Below are positions 1 to 8,057 of a stretch of 64,000 nt of DNA, piece after piece (within the stretch, counting starts at the first letter, position 1; each line of letters opens with the position of its first letter). The translations under genes and the position numbers were made by a program. This DNA comes from Candidatus Kaiserbacteria bacterium. Lineage in GTDB: Bacteria > Patescibacteriota > Minisyncoccia > Phycocordibacterales > Phycocordibacteraceae. The DNA is taken from the NCBI GenBank assembly GCA_027451665.1, contig DAIDIW010000001.1, forward strand, positions 5,354-69,353, given 5' to 3'. The notes beneath the pieces are model-generated. The model saw nothing but the letters and a program-made list of their open reading frames with translations. It was not told the DNA's origin and searched no databases.

Positions 1-1002
1 GACTTGGATGAGCGCGATGGGGCGGATAAAGACGCCGCCGTTCTGCTTGAGCTTCTTCGCCTTCTTCTCGAGCTCGTCACGCTTCGATTTCACCGCGCCG
101 AGCATCGTGTGCCAGTCGCCGCTCCGGGCCGGGGCGACGAGGTGCATGTCGAGCTTTATCATGTCTTCCGCCTTGAGCTGACGTCCGGTCACTTTCGAGA
201 CGATGTTCATGCCGCGCTTCGGCGTCGCCGAGAGGCCGACGATGACGGAAGGATTGAGGCCGTCGAGCGTCGCTCGCGCGGTGTCCGTGTACATGGTGTG
301 GAACTCGTCGACGATGACGAGCGGCTCCTGCGTGCGGATGGTGTTGCCGAGGCTCGTCTTCACCTGCATCCGGTCGAAGAGGCTGTCCTCGGTGCGGTCG
401 AGGTTCGGTATGAGGGCGGCGAGCTCTTTGTGGAGGTCGTAGCGGCCTTCAGGTGGGAAGAAGTCAGTGTAGCCGCTATCCTCGAACATCTTGTTCGCGT
501 CGCCGCGGGTGGCCGACTGTATCATGAGCATCAAGACGACGAGGTTCTCGTCCACGTCCTGCTTGCGGAGCGCTTGGCCCTTCTCGATGATGAGCGTGCG
601 GTTGCCGCTCGCTTGGTCGAGGAGCTGGCGATAGGGGTGGCTCTTGTTCTGGAGGTTTTCGATGGTCTGGCGGTATATCTGGTCGCGGTGCGTTATCCAG
701 ACGACGAGGCCGGTCTTCTTCTTGGCGAAGAGGTTCTGGTATGCACGGATGGTCTCGATGGCGATGAGCGTCTTGCCGCCGCCGGTCGGCATCTGGATGC
801 AGACGCGCGGGTACGGCTTGCCCGCGCCGGTCTTCGTACGGTCGGCATAGTGGGCATACTTGCCGGTGAGCGCGAGGTCGATGTAGCTGCCGAGCGCGGC
901 CTTCAGGTCGGGGCTCGTCTCGTACTTCGTCCGCGCGGTGTCGAGGTCTTCGAAGAAGGTCTCGAGGTCGCGTACTACCAGCTTTTGATACTCCTTCAGC
1001 AT
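1..1002 (-). CDS. res: Type III restriction enzyme Res subunit (SF2 helicase), 3' end runs off the window
   Basis: Manual translation from ATG at 1002: MLKEYQKLVV...QMPTGGGKT (Walker A), IIVDEFH (motif II), GLSATP (motif III). Lies directly downstream of a Mod gene. Confidence 0.88.
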   Translation of the reverse strand, partial: MLKEYQKLVVRDLETFFEDLDTARTKYETSPDLKAALGSYIDLALTGKYAHYADRTKTGAGKPYPRVCIQMPTGGGKTLIAIETIRAYQNLFAKKKTGLVVWITHRDQIYRQTIENLQNKSHPYRQLLDQASGNRTLIIEKGQALRKQDVDENLVVLMLMIQSATRGDANKMFEDSGYTDFFPPEGRYDLHKELAALIPNLDRTEDSLFDRMQVKTSLGNTIRTQEPLVIVDEFHTMYTDTARATLDGLNPSVIVGLSATPKRGMNIVSKVTGRQLKAEDMIKLDMHLVAPARSGDWHTMLGAVKSKRDELEKKAKKLKQNGGVFIRPIALIQV

Positions 1003-1005
1003 GGT

Positions 1006-2589
1006 CTAGGCGCTACGCTCGAAGAGGTTATAGGGGATGCTCACGAACTTGATGCCGTACTGGTCGAGCGCCTCGTCGTCGAGGTAGCAGGCGGGTGCAT
1101 AGACGATTTTCTTGCCGCTGTCCTTCTCGTGGGTCTTCTGCGCCCAGTCGAGTGTGATGGCGAGCTTCTTGAGGGCGTCCCGGTCTTGGGTGTACAGGAG
1201 GTAGATGGTCGCGTTGTCGCCCTTGCCGACGAGCGAGGTCTTCTCGTTGATTTTCGCCTCGTCAGGATGGTTCTTGCCGGTGGCGAGGTAGTAGACGTAC
1301 TTGGCGAACTCTTTGAACGTCGGGAGCTTCTTGCCTTCGAGGAGCGTCTCGGCGTCGATGGCCGGGCCGAGGGCGTAGTACGTGAAGCCGGCGTCGTATC
1401 CGTATTTCTTCGATGCACGGCGTACGCGCTCGGCGGTGGTTTTGTTCGCATATCCCTCCATCTCGACGAGGATGAACTTTCGGTGGCCTTCGTCCTCTTT
1501 GTTGAGGTCGAGAACGGCGTGTGCGGTCGTCCCGGAGCCGGCAAAACTATCAAGGACTATGTCTTTGGGGTCGGTAGATATTTGAATGAGGTTTTTCAGC
1601 AGATTTACCGGCTTGGGGTAATCGAAAACTCGTGTCCCGCCAAACAACTCTTCAAGTTCTCGGCCAGCGCTTTTTGCGGTTCCAAATCCTTCCAATACGG
1701 ACATTGGTGTTGTCTCGCCAAGTTCATCTATGAAGACCTTCAGCGAAGGGACGGCGTCGCCGCTTTTCCCGAAATATATTCGGTTATCTGCAATGAGTTC
1801 CTTTAGCTCTGCCTCAGTCATTCTCCACTGTCGGCTGTATCTTTTCCCCGAGGGAGTTGTGACCGTGTAGTAGTTTTTCCCGCCTACTTTTGACTTCTCT
1901 TCGGTCGTAGAGATTATTCCTTGCTTGTACGCACCTCTCGGGTCATTGTCAGGGTTCGTGTATTGGTTTTTGTAGTTTCGCTCCGACAGATACTTTGAGA
2001 AGCGAGTGAGTTCTTTATTTTTGTATCCGACCAAGACATATTCGTGTTCCGTTCGGAACCTGTGGGTCACCTTCAGCTTGCCACTATCCGGTTCTACTTT
2101 CTTCCAGACCATAGCCTCTACGTTTTCTTGGCCAGCAAATACCTCGTCCATCAAGCATCGCAAGTGGTGGAACTCATTGTCATCGACGCTAATAAAAATC
2201 ACGCCGTCGTCGGCCAACAGTTCGCGGAGGAGCTTGAGCCGTGGCGTCATCATGCAAAGCCACTTGTCGTGGCGAGTGAGGTCTTCACCCTCCTTGCCCA
2301 CCACCTTACCGACCCAGTCTTGTATCGTTGGGCTGTTTACGTTGTCGTTGTAGACCCAGCCCTCATTGCCGGTGTTGTAGGGAGGGTCGATGTAGATGCA
2401 CTTCACCTTGCCTTGGTACTGCGGCAAAAGCGCCTTTAGAGCGAGGAGATTATCACCTTCGATGATGAGGTTTTCGTCTTCGTTCTTACCCTTGAAGGAT
2501 TTGTCTTTGTCTTTCTCGAGCGTGTGATATGGCACCGAGAGGTGGTGGTTCCAGACGGCCGGCTTTCCCTTGAATTGTATCGTTGCCAT
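1006..2589 (-). CDS. mod: Type III R-M Mod subunit, beta-class adenine DNA methyltransferase
   Basis: IIEGDNLLALK, IYIDPPYNTG, RHDKWLCMMTPRL, PKPV and DSFAGSGTT motifs in beta order; adjacent to res. Confidence 0.92.
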   Translation of the reverse strand: MATIQFKGKPAVWNHHLSVPYHTLEKDKDKSFKGKNEDENLIIEGDNLLALKALLPQYQGKVKCIYIDPPYNTGNEGWVYNDNVNSPTIQDWVGKVVGKEGEDLTRHDKWLCMMTPRLKLLRELLADDGVIFISVDDNEFHHLRCLMDEVFAGQENVEAMVWKKVEPDSGKLKVTHRFRTEHEYVLVGYKNKELTRFSKYLSERNYKNQYTNPDNDPRGAYKQGIISTTEEKSKVGGKNYYTVTTPSGKRYSRQWRMTEAELKELIADNRIYFGKSGDAVPSLKVFIDELGETTPMSVLEGFGTAKSAGRELEELFGGTRVFDYPKPVNLLKNLIQISTDPKDIVLDSFAGSGTTAHAVLDLNKEDEGHRKFILVEMEGYANKTTAERVRRASKKYGYDAGFTYYALGPAIDAETLLEGKKLPTFKEFAKYVYYLATGKNHPDEAKINEKTSLVGKGDNATIYLLYTQDRDALKKLAITLDWAQKTHEKDSGKKIVYAPACYLDDEALDQYGIKFVSIPYNLFERSA

Positions 2590-2592
2590 ATC

Positions 2593-2778
2593 TTATTTTG
2601 TTTTAGCTTTACTCATAAATCGCTCGAACTCGGCGTGCTCGATGCGGTACTCCTTGCCGATTTTGTACGCCTTGAGCCGCTTCGCCTTGATGTAGCGGTA
2701 GATGGTCATGACGTTCACCGAGAGCAGCTCGGCGAGTTCCTGTGCGGTATAAAAGGCTTTTCGCTCGTCTTTGCTCAT
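2593..2778 (-). CDS. Excisionase-family (HTH_17-like) DNA-binding protein
   Basis: FYTAQELAELLSVNVMTIYRYIKAKRLKAYKIGKEYRI pattern; TAGCAT -10 lies 7 nt before the ATG at 2778; stop is 3 nt before mod. Confidence 0.85.
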   Translation of the reverse strand: MSKDERKAFYTAQELAELLSVNVMTIYRYIKAKRLKAYKIGKEYRIEHAEFERFMSKAKTK

Positions 2779-2829
2779 GTGTCTCATGCTACTTTACTTT
2801 TGTTGACACAGCAATGCGCGCCGTGTGTG

Positions 2830-3024
2830 CTAGTCGGTGCCCTTTTTGCTGCGGCTCTGTTTGCGTTTTTGCTTCTGCTCGTAATCCAGCCGCATGAGGA
2901 GGTCGAAGAGGCCGACGAGATTATGTGCGGCTTCCCACGCATCCGCATCGTTATATTCGACGCCGTACTCCTCCTTGATAATCCGCCGGAAGTCCTCGAC
3001 CGTTTCGCGCGATAAGTTCACCAT
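2830..3024 (-). CDS. Small hypothetical protein (64 aa)
   Basis: MVNLSRETVEDFRRIIKEEYGVEYNDADAWEAAHNLVGLFDLL; from recall, similar small helical proteins occur in CPR integrative elements. Confidence 0.65.
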   Translation of the reverse strand: MVNLSRETVEDFRRIIKEEYGVEYNDADAWEAAHNLVGLFDLLMRLDYEQKQKRKQSRSKKGTD

Positions 3025-3044
3025 GGCGAATGGGCCAGCTCGGT

Positions 3045-3803
3045 CTACTGCAGCGCGTGCGCGAGTATGGTCGTCTCCCATAAGTTCGGGAGGACTTGAA
3101 GGCCAAGGACGGCCGGGTCTTGCTTCCAGTTGACCTTGTTGCCATCACTGGCTGGCAGGATGGTCTTGTATGCAAGGAAGTCGCTCGAGTTGCCGTACTG
3201 GTCTGTACCAGGCAGATACGCGGCCACGGAGGCGGTCTTTACGTCGAGACCGCTCGTGTAGACGGCGGCATAGACCTTGGCCATCTCGAGCTCGATGCCT
3301 TGCTTGGTCATGTTGCTGGTGAGGTTGCTGTCGGCGTTCATCTCGACGAAGACGCCCCAGCCGCCGTCGATTTGCGGCACGACGTCGACCGAGCGGAGAT
3401 ACGTCTCTTGGTTATTGGTGTTGCCCGAGAGCGTGTCGCTCACGAGCTGTTTGAGCTGAGCGTCCGGAGTGGGTGCTGCCGGCCTGGACGGAGCGGGCGT
3501 CGCAGCGACCGGTTTTGCTTCTGCTGGTGGCGTGATTGCAAGCACCTTGTTTTGAGCAACCGGTATCGTCGAGCTCGCTTGAGCGGCTGGCGACGAGCTG
3601 GTCGGTTTCTGAAGTTCCGGATTGCTTATGCCAACGCCGACGAATGCGGCAAGAGATATGAGCCCGAATGTGAGCGCGACCTTTTTGCGGGTCGGCTCAG
3701 GGCCAAAGAGCTTACTGAAAAGACGCGGGCGGATGAGGCCGGCGATGAGCGCCGTGAGCGCGAAGAGCAGAACGAAGGCCGAGAGGCCGGAGAGAATATG
3801 CAT
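3045..3803 (-). CDS. Membrane-anchored protein: 2 N-terminal TM helices, Pro/Ala/Ser linker, extracytoplasmic domain
   Basis: MHILSGLSAFVLLFALTALIAGLIRP...KKVALTFGLISLAAFVGVG; AAGGA SD 3 nt before the ATG at 3803. Confidence 0.75.
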   Translation of the reverse strand: MHILSGLSAFVLLFALTALIAGLIRPRLFSKLFGPEPTRKKVALTFGLISLAAFVGVGISNPELQKPTSSSPAAQASSTIPVAQNKVLAITPPAEAKPVAATPAPSRPAAPTPDAQLKQLVSDTLSGNTNNQETYLRSVDVVPQIDGGWGVFVEMNADSNLTSNMTKQGIELEMAKVYAAVYTSGLDVKTASVAAYLPGTDQYGNSSDFLAYKTILPASDGNKVNWKQDPAVLGLQVLPNLWETTILAHALQ

Positions 3804-3966
3804 ATGTCCTTGGATGGGATTATTTCTAACGCGGGCAGGCAAAAAGCTCCCCGCCAGTCGATGGCTTTCGCCACCCATGCCAGTTTCCCGACATGACCCA
3901 TCCAAGGCGCTCCTGACGAGGAGCTTCTTGCCTTGGATGGGGCGGTTTGTTGACCATGCCGCGCGG
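3804..3966 (-). promoter_or_regulatory. Structured cis-regulatory RNA leader with alternative pairings over the SD
   Basis: Three copies of the 11-mer CCCATCCAAGG or its complement, a 20-bp helix and two GAAA-tetraloop hairpins; all non-Watson-Crick pairs are G-U on the minus strand. Confidence 0.7.
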
Positions 3967-4081
3967 CTAGCCGCTGGTTTAGGTCGCTGTGCGAGCGTGA
4001 GCTCGTGTCTCTATCGTATCGCGAGCGCGCCAGAAACGGAAGATGCTTTACTTTGTTTTACACGAGCTATAAAATGTTTGT

Positions 4082-4963
4082 ATGACTATTTGCATTGCTG
4101 CCCTATGCAATAGGGGTAAGGCCTGTGTCGTAGCGGCTGACCGTGAAATAACCGCTCAAGGTCTTTCACTCGAGTTCGAACACCGAGAGAGTAAAATGGA
4201 CGTGCTCACAAAAAGCTGCATGGTGATGAGTTCCGGGGATGCTCTACTTGCCGCCGAAGTGATTGCCCGCACACGAGCCCTTATCCCAACGGGGCAAAAT
4301 AACACCTCAATACTTTCTGTCGCCGAGAAGCTCCGCGACACTTTCATGACGATACATCTTGAGCGAGTGGAGGCCGTGCTCTTGAAACCGCGCGGGTTCT
4401 CTTTAACTGAGTTCAAAGAAAAAGGCGCTCAGCAATTGACGCCGCAGGCCTACCAGGAAGTGAGTAACCAGATTTTCAACTTCGGTATCAATGTCGTCGA
4501 GTTTTTGGTCGCAGGAATAGATAACGCAGGGGGCCACATCTTCAGGGTGCACTACAGTGGCATCGCCGGTGGAAGCTGGCTTGAGTGGTGCGACAAGTTC
4601 GGTCACCGCGAAATAGGCAGCGGCGCGCTTCATGCTTCAATCCTCCTTTCACTTGAAGGGCAATTCAGTGGTCTCGAGGTGAATGAAACGATTTATAATG
4701 TTTACTCTGCAAAGAAAAGCGCTGAGTTGGCCCCGGGAGTTGGCCCATCGACCGACCTCGCAATCATTACGTCCGAAGGTATCGTATTTGCTGACAAGCG
4801 ACTTTATGATGCGCTCGATAGTGCGCGGCTACAGACAAAGAAAAACCGACCGGACTTGAGCGGTGTCGATGTGGCACTGAAAAAGGAGCCAGCGGCTGAT
4901 GCGAATAAACCGACTGACAGCGGCGCGGTGAAAACCACCGCGGACGCAGCAGCGAGGAGTTAG
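4082..4963 (+). CDS. Proteasome-beta-like Ntn-hydrolase (putative Thr protease)
   Basis: N-terminus M-T-ICIAA..VVAADREIT (Thr1 nucleophile after Met removal, ADR motif), K33-like ESK, SGD, FLVAG, IGSG, AK..AE..PGVG. Confidence 0.75.
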   Translation: MTICIAALCNRGKACVVAADREITAQGLSLEFEHRESKMDVLTKSCMVMSSGDALLAAEVIARTRALIPTGQNNTSILSVAEKLRDTFMTIHLERVEAVLLKPRGFSLTEFKEKGAQQLTPQAYQEVSNQIFNFGINVVEFLVAGIDNAGGHIFRVHYSGIAGGSWLEWCDKFGHREIGSGALHASILLSLEGQFSGLEVNETIYNVYSAKKSAELAPGVGPSTDLAIITSEGIVFADKRLYDALDSARLQTKKNRPDLSGVDVALKKEPAADANKPTDSGAVKTTADAAARS

Positions 4964-5025
4964 TCCTCACGACGCACACAAGAAAACTAAGAATACTTCT
5001 CGGCAAGTCGCTACCTAAAATAGGT

Positions 5026-5523
5026 CTATCCTTGTTTCCGGATTTTTACATCAAGCGCAGTCGAATACTGCTCCTGAAAATCCTTTTCACCAGCAGATTT
5101 TGTAGAGATAGTGTAAGTGTAGCGTCCAGTTTTCGTCACGAGCATATTCTCGAAATTGATGATGGCGCGCGCGCGAGTTTTATCCATGAAGCCAAAGGAT
5201 ACCGGGAACTCGTGAGAGACGAGCGTTTCGCCGGCGGGGTCAGTGATAGCTAGCCGCATAGTCACTTGAGCGTCCCTGTTCACTCCCGGCTCGCGTTCCG
5301 TTTGTACCACCATCGTGTATTTCGTGTTTACTTGCGTTTTTGCCGGGAAATCCATGGTCTCGATAGAGGTGGGCGGCTTGGTTGCATCAATGGGTGTAGT
5401 ACTCAGAGTGAGTTCCTCGAGTACGTTGAAAACGCTCACGGCATTCGTCTGCTGGTCTACCGAAGCGCTCTGACAAAGGAGCGCCCAGAGAACTTTTACT
5501 TTTGTGTCTGAATTCTTTTTCAT
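5026..5523 (-). CDS. Hypothetical beta-rich protein (DUF6941-like by recall), third gene of the TA operon
   Basis: WALLCQSASVDQQTNAVSVFNVLE...F..TGRYTYTIS pattern; starts 10 nt after the higA stop. Confidence 0.6.
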   Translation of the reverse strand: MKKNSDTKVKVLWALLCQSASVDQQTNAVSVFNVLEELTLSTTPIDATKPPTSIETMDFPAKTQVNTKYTMVVQTEREPGVNRDAQVTMRLAITDPAGETLVSHEFPVSFGFMDKTRARAIINFENMLVTKTGRYTYTISTKSAGEKDFQEQYSTALDVKIRKQG

Positions 5524-5533
5524 GGTGATTTGA

Positions 5534-5974
5534 TTATGCGCTCACTGGTGCTTCTAAATACTGCGGCTTCTCCGCAACTGAGTATCTTGAGTACCAAGAC
5601 GGACTTTCTTTTGGTGCCTCGACAACTGGGTTGTGTTTTTGCCCGATACAGAGCACAAAATGCGCCCCTCCGATTGCTGCAAAAGTATTTGCGGCGGCGT
5701 TCACTTCTCTTTCGACCATAAAAGCGAACTTCGGGTAAATTAGGGTGGTGCCCACCGCCTTAGCAACTCGCTCGAGAAACTCCACGCTCGGCTGCATCTC
5801 GCCACCCTCTGCGCGCGCGATGCTGGATTGGGTAGTCTCCATCGCTTTAGCAAGCTCCGACTGAGAGAAACCAGAGTAGAGCCGCGCTTCCGTTATGAGG
5901 TTGCTGAGCTCTCGCCGCAGGTTCGGCTTCGAAAGGTCGATTTTCTTCTCGCGAATGTAATCTCGGTAGTCCAT
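5534..5974 (-). CDS. HigA-like XRE-family HTH antitoxin with ~60-aa C-terminal extension
   Basis: ARLYSGFSQSELAKAMETTQSSIARAEGGEMQPSVEFLERVAKAVG; directly downstream of a RelE-family toxin. Confidence 0.85.
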   Translation of the reverse strand: MDYRDYIREKKIDLSKPNLRRELSNLITEARLYSGFSQSELAKAMETTQSSIARAEGGEMQPSVEFLERVAKAVGTTLIYPKFAFMVEREVNAAANTFAAIGGAHFVLCIGQKHNPVVEAPKESPSWYSRYSVAEKPQYLEAPVSA

Positions 5975-5978
5975 AGTG

Positions 5979-6398
5979 TTATTTAGTGGGTCCTCGTATT
6001 TCGTTGATTATTTCTCTTCGACGGCGTGCCAGCTTCAAGTACTTCTGCGGGAGTTTGTTTGTCTTCTTTCGAAAACCGCAGAGAACGTAGAAGATGGGCG
6101 ACGGAGCGTCGTATGACATGAAGCCAATAAAACGCACTTCCGCGCCGACACTGAGACGGAGCTCCATGAGCCCGTCACCGAGAGGCTTGAAATGATGCGA
6201 ACGTTTTGCTTGCTCGGGTGTCCAGCTGGTTATGACGCCTATTTTGTCGAAAACCGCTTCGTATACTGGGCGGTCTTTCTTCCAAAGCATCTCGAGAAGG
6301 TCGTCTTCGACATAGCAGGACCCTGCCGGGCTTACACAAAAGTCGACCCCCCATAGAGGAGGCAACTTCGCGCTAGTTCCAAAGGCCGTATAATCCAT
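5979..6398 (-). CDS. HigB/RelE-ParE (Gp49-like) toxin
   Basis: HFKPLGDGLMELR..VR..GF....LCGFRKKTNKLPQKYLKLARRR; toxin-before-antitoxin order. Confidence 0.85.
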   Translation of the reverse strand: MDYTAFGTSAKLPPLWGVDFCVSPAGSCYVEDDLLEMLWKKDRPVYEAVFDKIGVITSWTPEQAKRSHHFKPLGDGLMELRLSVGAEVRFIGFMSYDAPSPIFYVLCGFRKKTNKLPQKYLKLARRRREIINEIRGPTK

Positions 6399-6453
6399 GT
6401 TCCGAGTATAGCGGATACGCTATGGGTCGTCAACACCCCGCTGTGTACATAGG

Positions 6454-6654
6454 TTCTGTGGCGCACTTGGTGCGTTTGCGGTGACCCGGGTCTATATCGG
6501 CCTGCATCATCCAGTAGACGTACTTGGGAACATGGCATTCGCTCTCATCGGGGTGTCAGCCTGGTACGTGGCCCAGAAGAGGGTCATATCTTGGAAGTAC
6601 GCGAGAAATCCGGGAACGCTTCCCAGTAACCGACGGTCTGGAAATACGTTCTAA
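6454..6654 (+). pseudogene. C-terminal remnant of a PAP2-family phosphatase
   Basis: Frame 6454 reads FCGALGAFAVTRVYIGLHHPVDVLGN, matching the PAP2 C3 motif (SRxxxGxHxxxDVxxG); upstream in-frame TAG at 6409 with no start codon after it. Confidence 0.7.
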
Positions 6655-6742
6655 CCTCGTTCAGCATTTGCCGCACTCTTGTGCACAAACGGTGCTGCGC
6701 GCTGCAGGTGGAGTGAGCAGCAGCTTGGTATGATTCGCACAT

Positions 6743-7216
6743 ATGCAGCGCGCGCCGTTCTTCGAGTGGGAAGGGTTCGAATACGAGCACAATCCGAAGA
6801 CTGCCGATTGGTATTGGGCGCTCGGGATACTTTCAGTCGCTGCCACGCTCGCAGCGCTGCTATTTGCCCAATATCTGCTGGCCGTACTCATCATCGTAGC
6901 CGCCACCTCAATCGCGCTCTACGCGACCCGCAAACCGCCGCTCCACCGCTTCGGGCTTGATGACAATGGACTCTACATCGGCGAAGAATTCCATCCTTTC
7001 GAGCGCATGACGAGCTTTTCGGTGCTCGAGGATATCGAAGGAGAACTTCCTCCTCTGCTCTCTATCCATACCGATCTCTGGTTCACACCACATCTCGAAA
7101 TCCCCCTCGAAGACGTCGACGCTGACGGCGTCTACGCGCACATGCTCACGCACGTTGAAGAAAAGGAGCATCGTCCCACGCTCGTACATCTTATCGAGGC
7201 GTGGCTAGGTTTCTGA
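6743..7216 (+). CDS. Conserved hypothetical membrane protein (2 TM)
   Basis: FEWEGFEYEHNPKTADWYWALG, two TM segments, then a PH-like tail; TGGTATGAT extended -10 upstream. Confidence 0.75.
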   Translation: MQRAPFFEWEGFEYEHNPKTADWYWALGILSVAATLAALLFAQYLLAVLIIVAATSIALYATRKPPLHRFGLDDNGLYIGEEFHPFERMTSFSVLEDIEGELPPLLSIHTDLWFTPHLEIPLEDVDADGVYAHMLTHVEEKEHRPTLVHLIEAWLGF

Positions 7217-7297
7217 CGAGAGGCTTGGTTTTTCAGCGCTTTTCAGCTACAGTCTTGAGCGAGGAATCGTCCGCCCGAGCGGGCGATTCGACTCGCC

Positions 7298-7369
7298 GCC
7301 CTCGTCGTTCAATGGATAGGACGCATCCTTGCGGAGGATGTAATGTGGGTTCGATTCCTGCCGGGGGCA
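7298..7369 (+). tRNA. tRNA-Arg(GCG)
   Basis: Acceptor GCCCTCG/CGGGGGC, anticodon arm CATCC-TTGCGGA-GGATG, GGTTCGATTCC T-arm; no encoded CCA. Confidence 0.93.
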
Positions 7370-7448
7370 CCCCAATAGGGCTAACACAAGTGACCGAGCT
7401 GAGTTTGTTATGCGCCGCACAGACGAATGCGCACGGTATACTTTGCAT

Positions 7449-8057
7449 ATGAATCCACGTACGTCGGGCCTATTCATGGGACTCATCGTCCTCGCCATGT
7501 GCGCGACCGGTGCGATGACGTTCCCTCACCTTCCCGCCCTCATGGGCGGAGGGCCGCGCCTGTGGATGGTGCTGCCGCTTCCGCTCATCGCTGTCGCGCT
7601 CTGGGGGCTCTGGACGCTCTTGCCACGCATCGATCCGATCGCACCAGGATTCAAGGGTTTCCGCTATGCGTACGATTTCTTCTGGATACTCCTCCTCGCG
7701 GCCCTGGCGTTCGTCTACGCAACCATGCTCGGCGATCAGTTCGGCTGGACGCTCACGCCGACGGGCGTCGCTCTCCCGGGCGCAGGGATACTCCTCCTCG
7801 CGGTCGGCATCATACTGCCGCGCATCCGCAGGAACTGGTTCTTCGGTATACGAACACCTTGGACGCTCACGAGCGACGCGGTATGGGATCGGACGAACCG
7901 GCTCGGCGCCTGGCTCTTCGCGATCGCGGGCGTGGTGAGCCTCGTCGGCTCCATCGTGGCGCCGCACGCCGTCATCTGGTTCCTCCTCGTACCCGTCGTC
8001 GTGGCCGCGGTCGTGAGCGTCACGTATTCCTACGTCCTCTTCGCGCGCGCTCTTTAG
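7449..8057 (+). CDS. SdpI-family immunity/membrane protein
   Basis: PRIDP and RNWFFGIRTPWTLTSDAVWDRTNRLG motifs; multiple TM helices. Confidence 0.85.
   Translation: MNPRTSGLFMGLIVLAMCATGAMTFPHLPALMGGGPRLWMVLPLPLIAVALWGLWTLLPRIDPIAPGFKGFRYAYDFFWILLLAALAFVYATMLGDQFGWTLTPTGVALPGAGILLLAVGIILPRIRRNWFFGIRTPWTLTSDAVWDRTNRLGAWLFAIAGVVSLVGSIVAPHAVIWFLLVPVVVAAVVSVTYSYVLFARAL

Noticed and set aside
4-1806. 600-aa plus-strand ORF
   Set aside because: Antisense shadow of res/mod caused by biased codon usage; no motifs. The same applies to 15276-16799 (polA), 41122-41682 (recJ) and similar long antisense ORFs.
3860-3900. c-di-GMP-I riboswitch (GAAA hairpins)
   Set aside because: Lacks the GGCAAAC...GACGCAAAG core and the tetraloop-receptor stem.
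3860-3945. HDV-like or hammerhead ribozyme (CUCCUCG loop, GGCGAA after a GAAA hairpin; CUGACGA on the plus strand)
   Set aside because: P2/P3 pairings of the HDV fold cannot be built, and no stem II-GAAA follows CUGACGA. Kept only as an unclassified structured leader.
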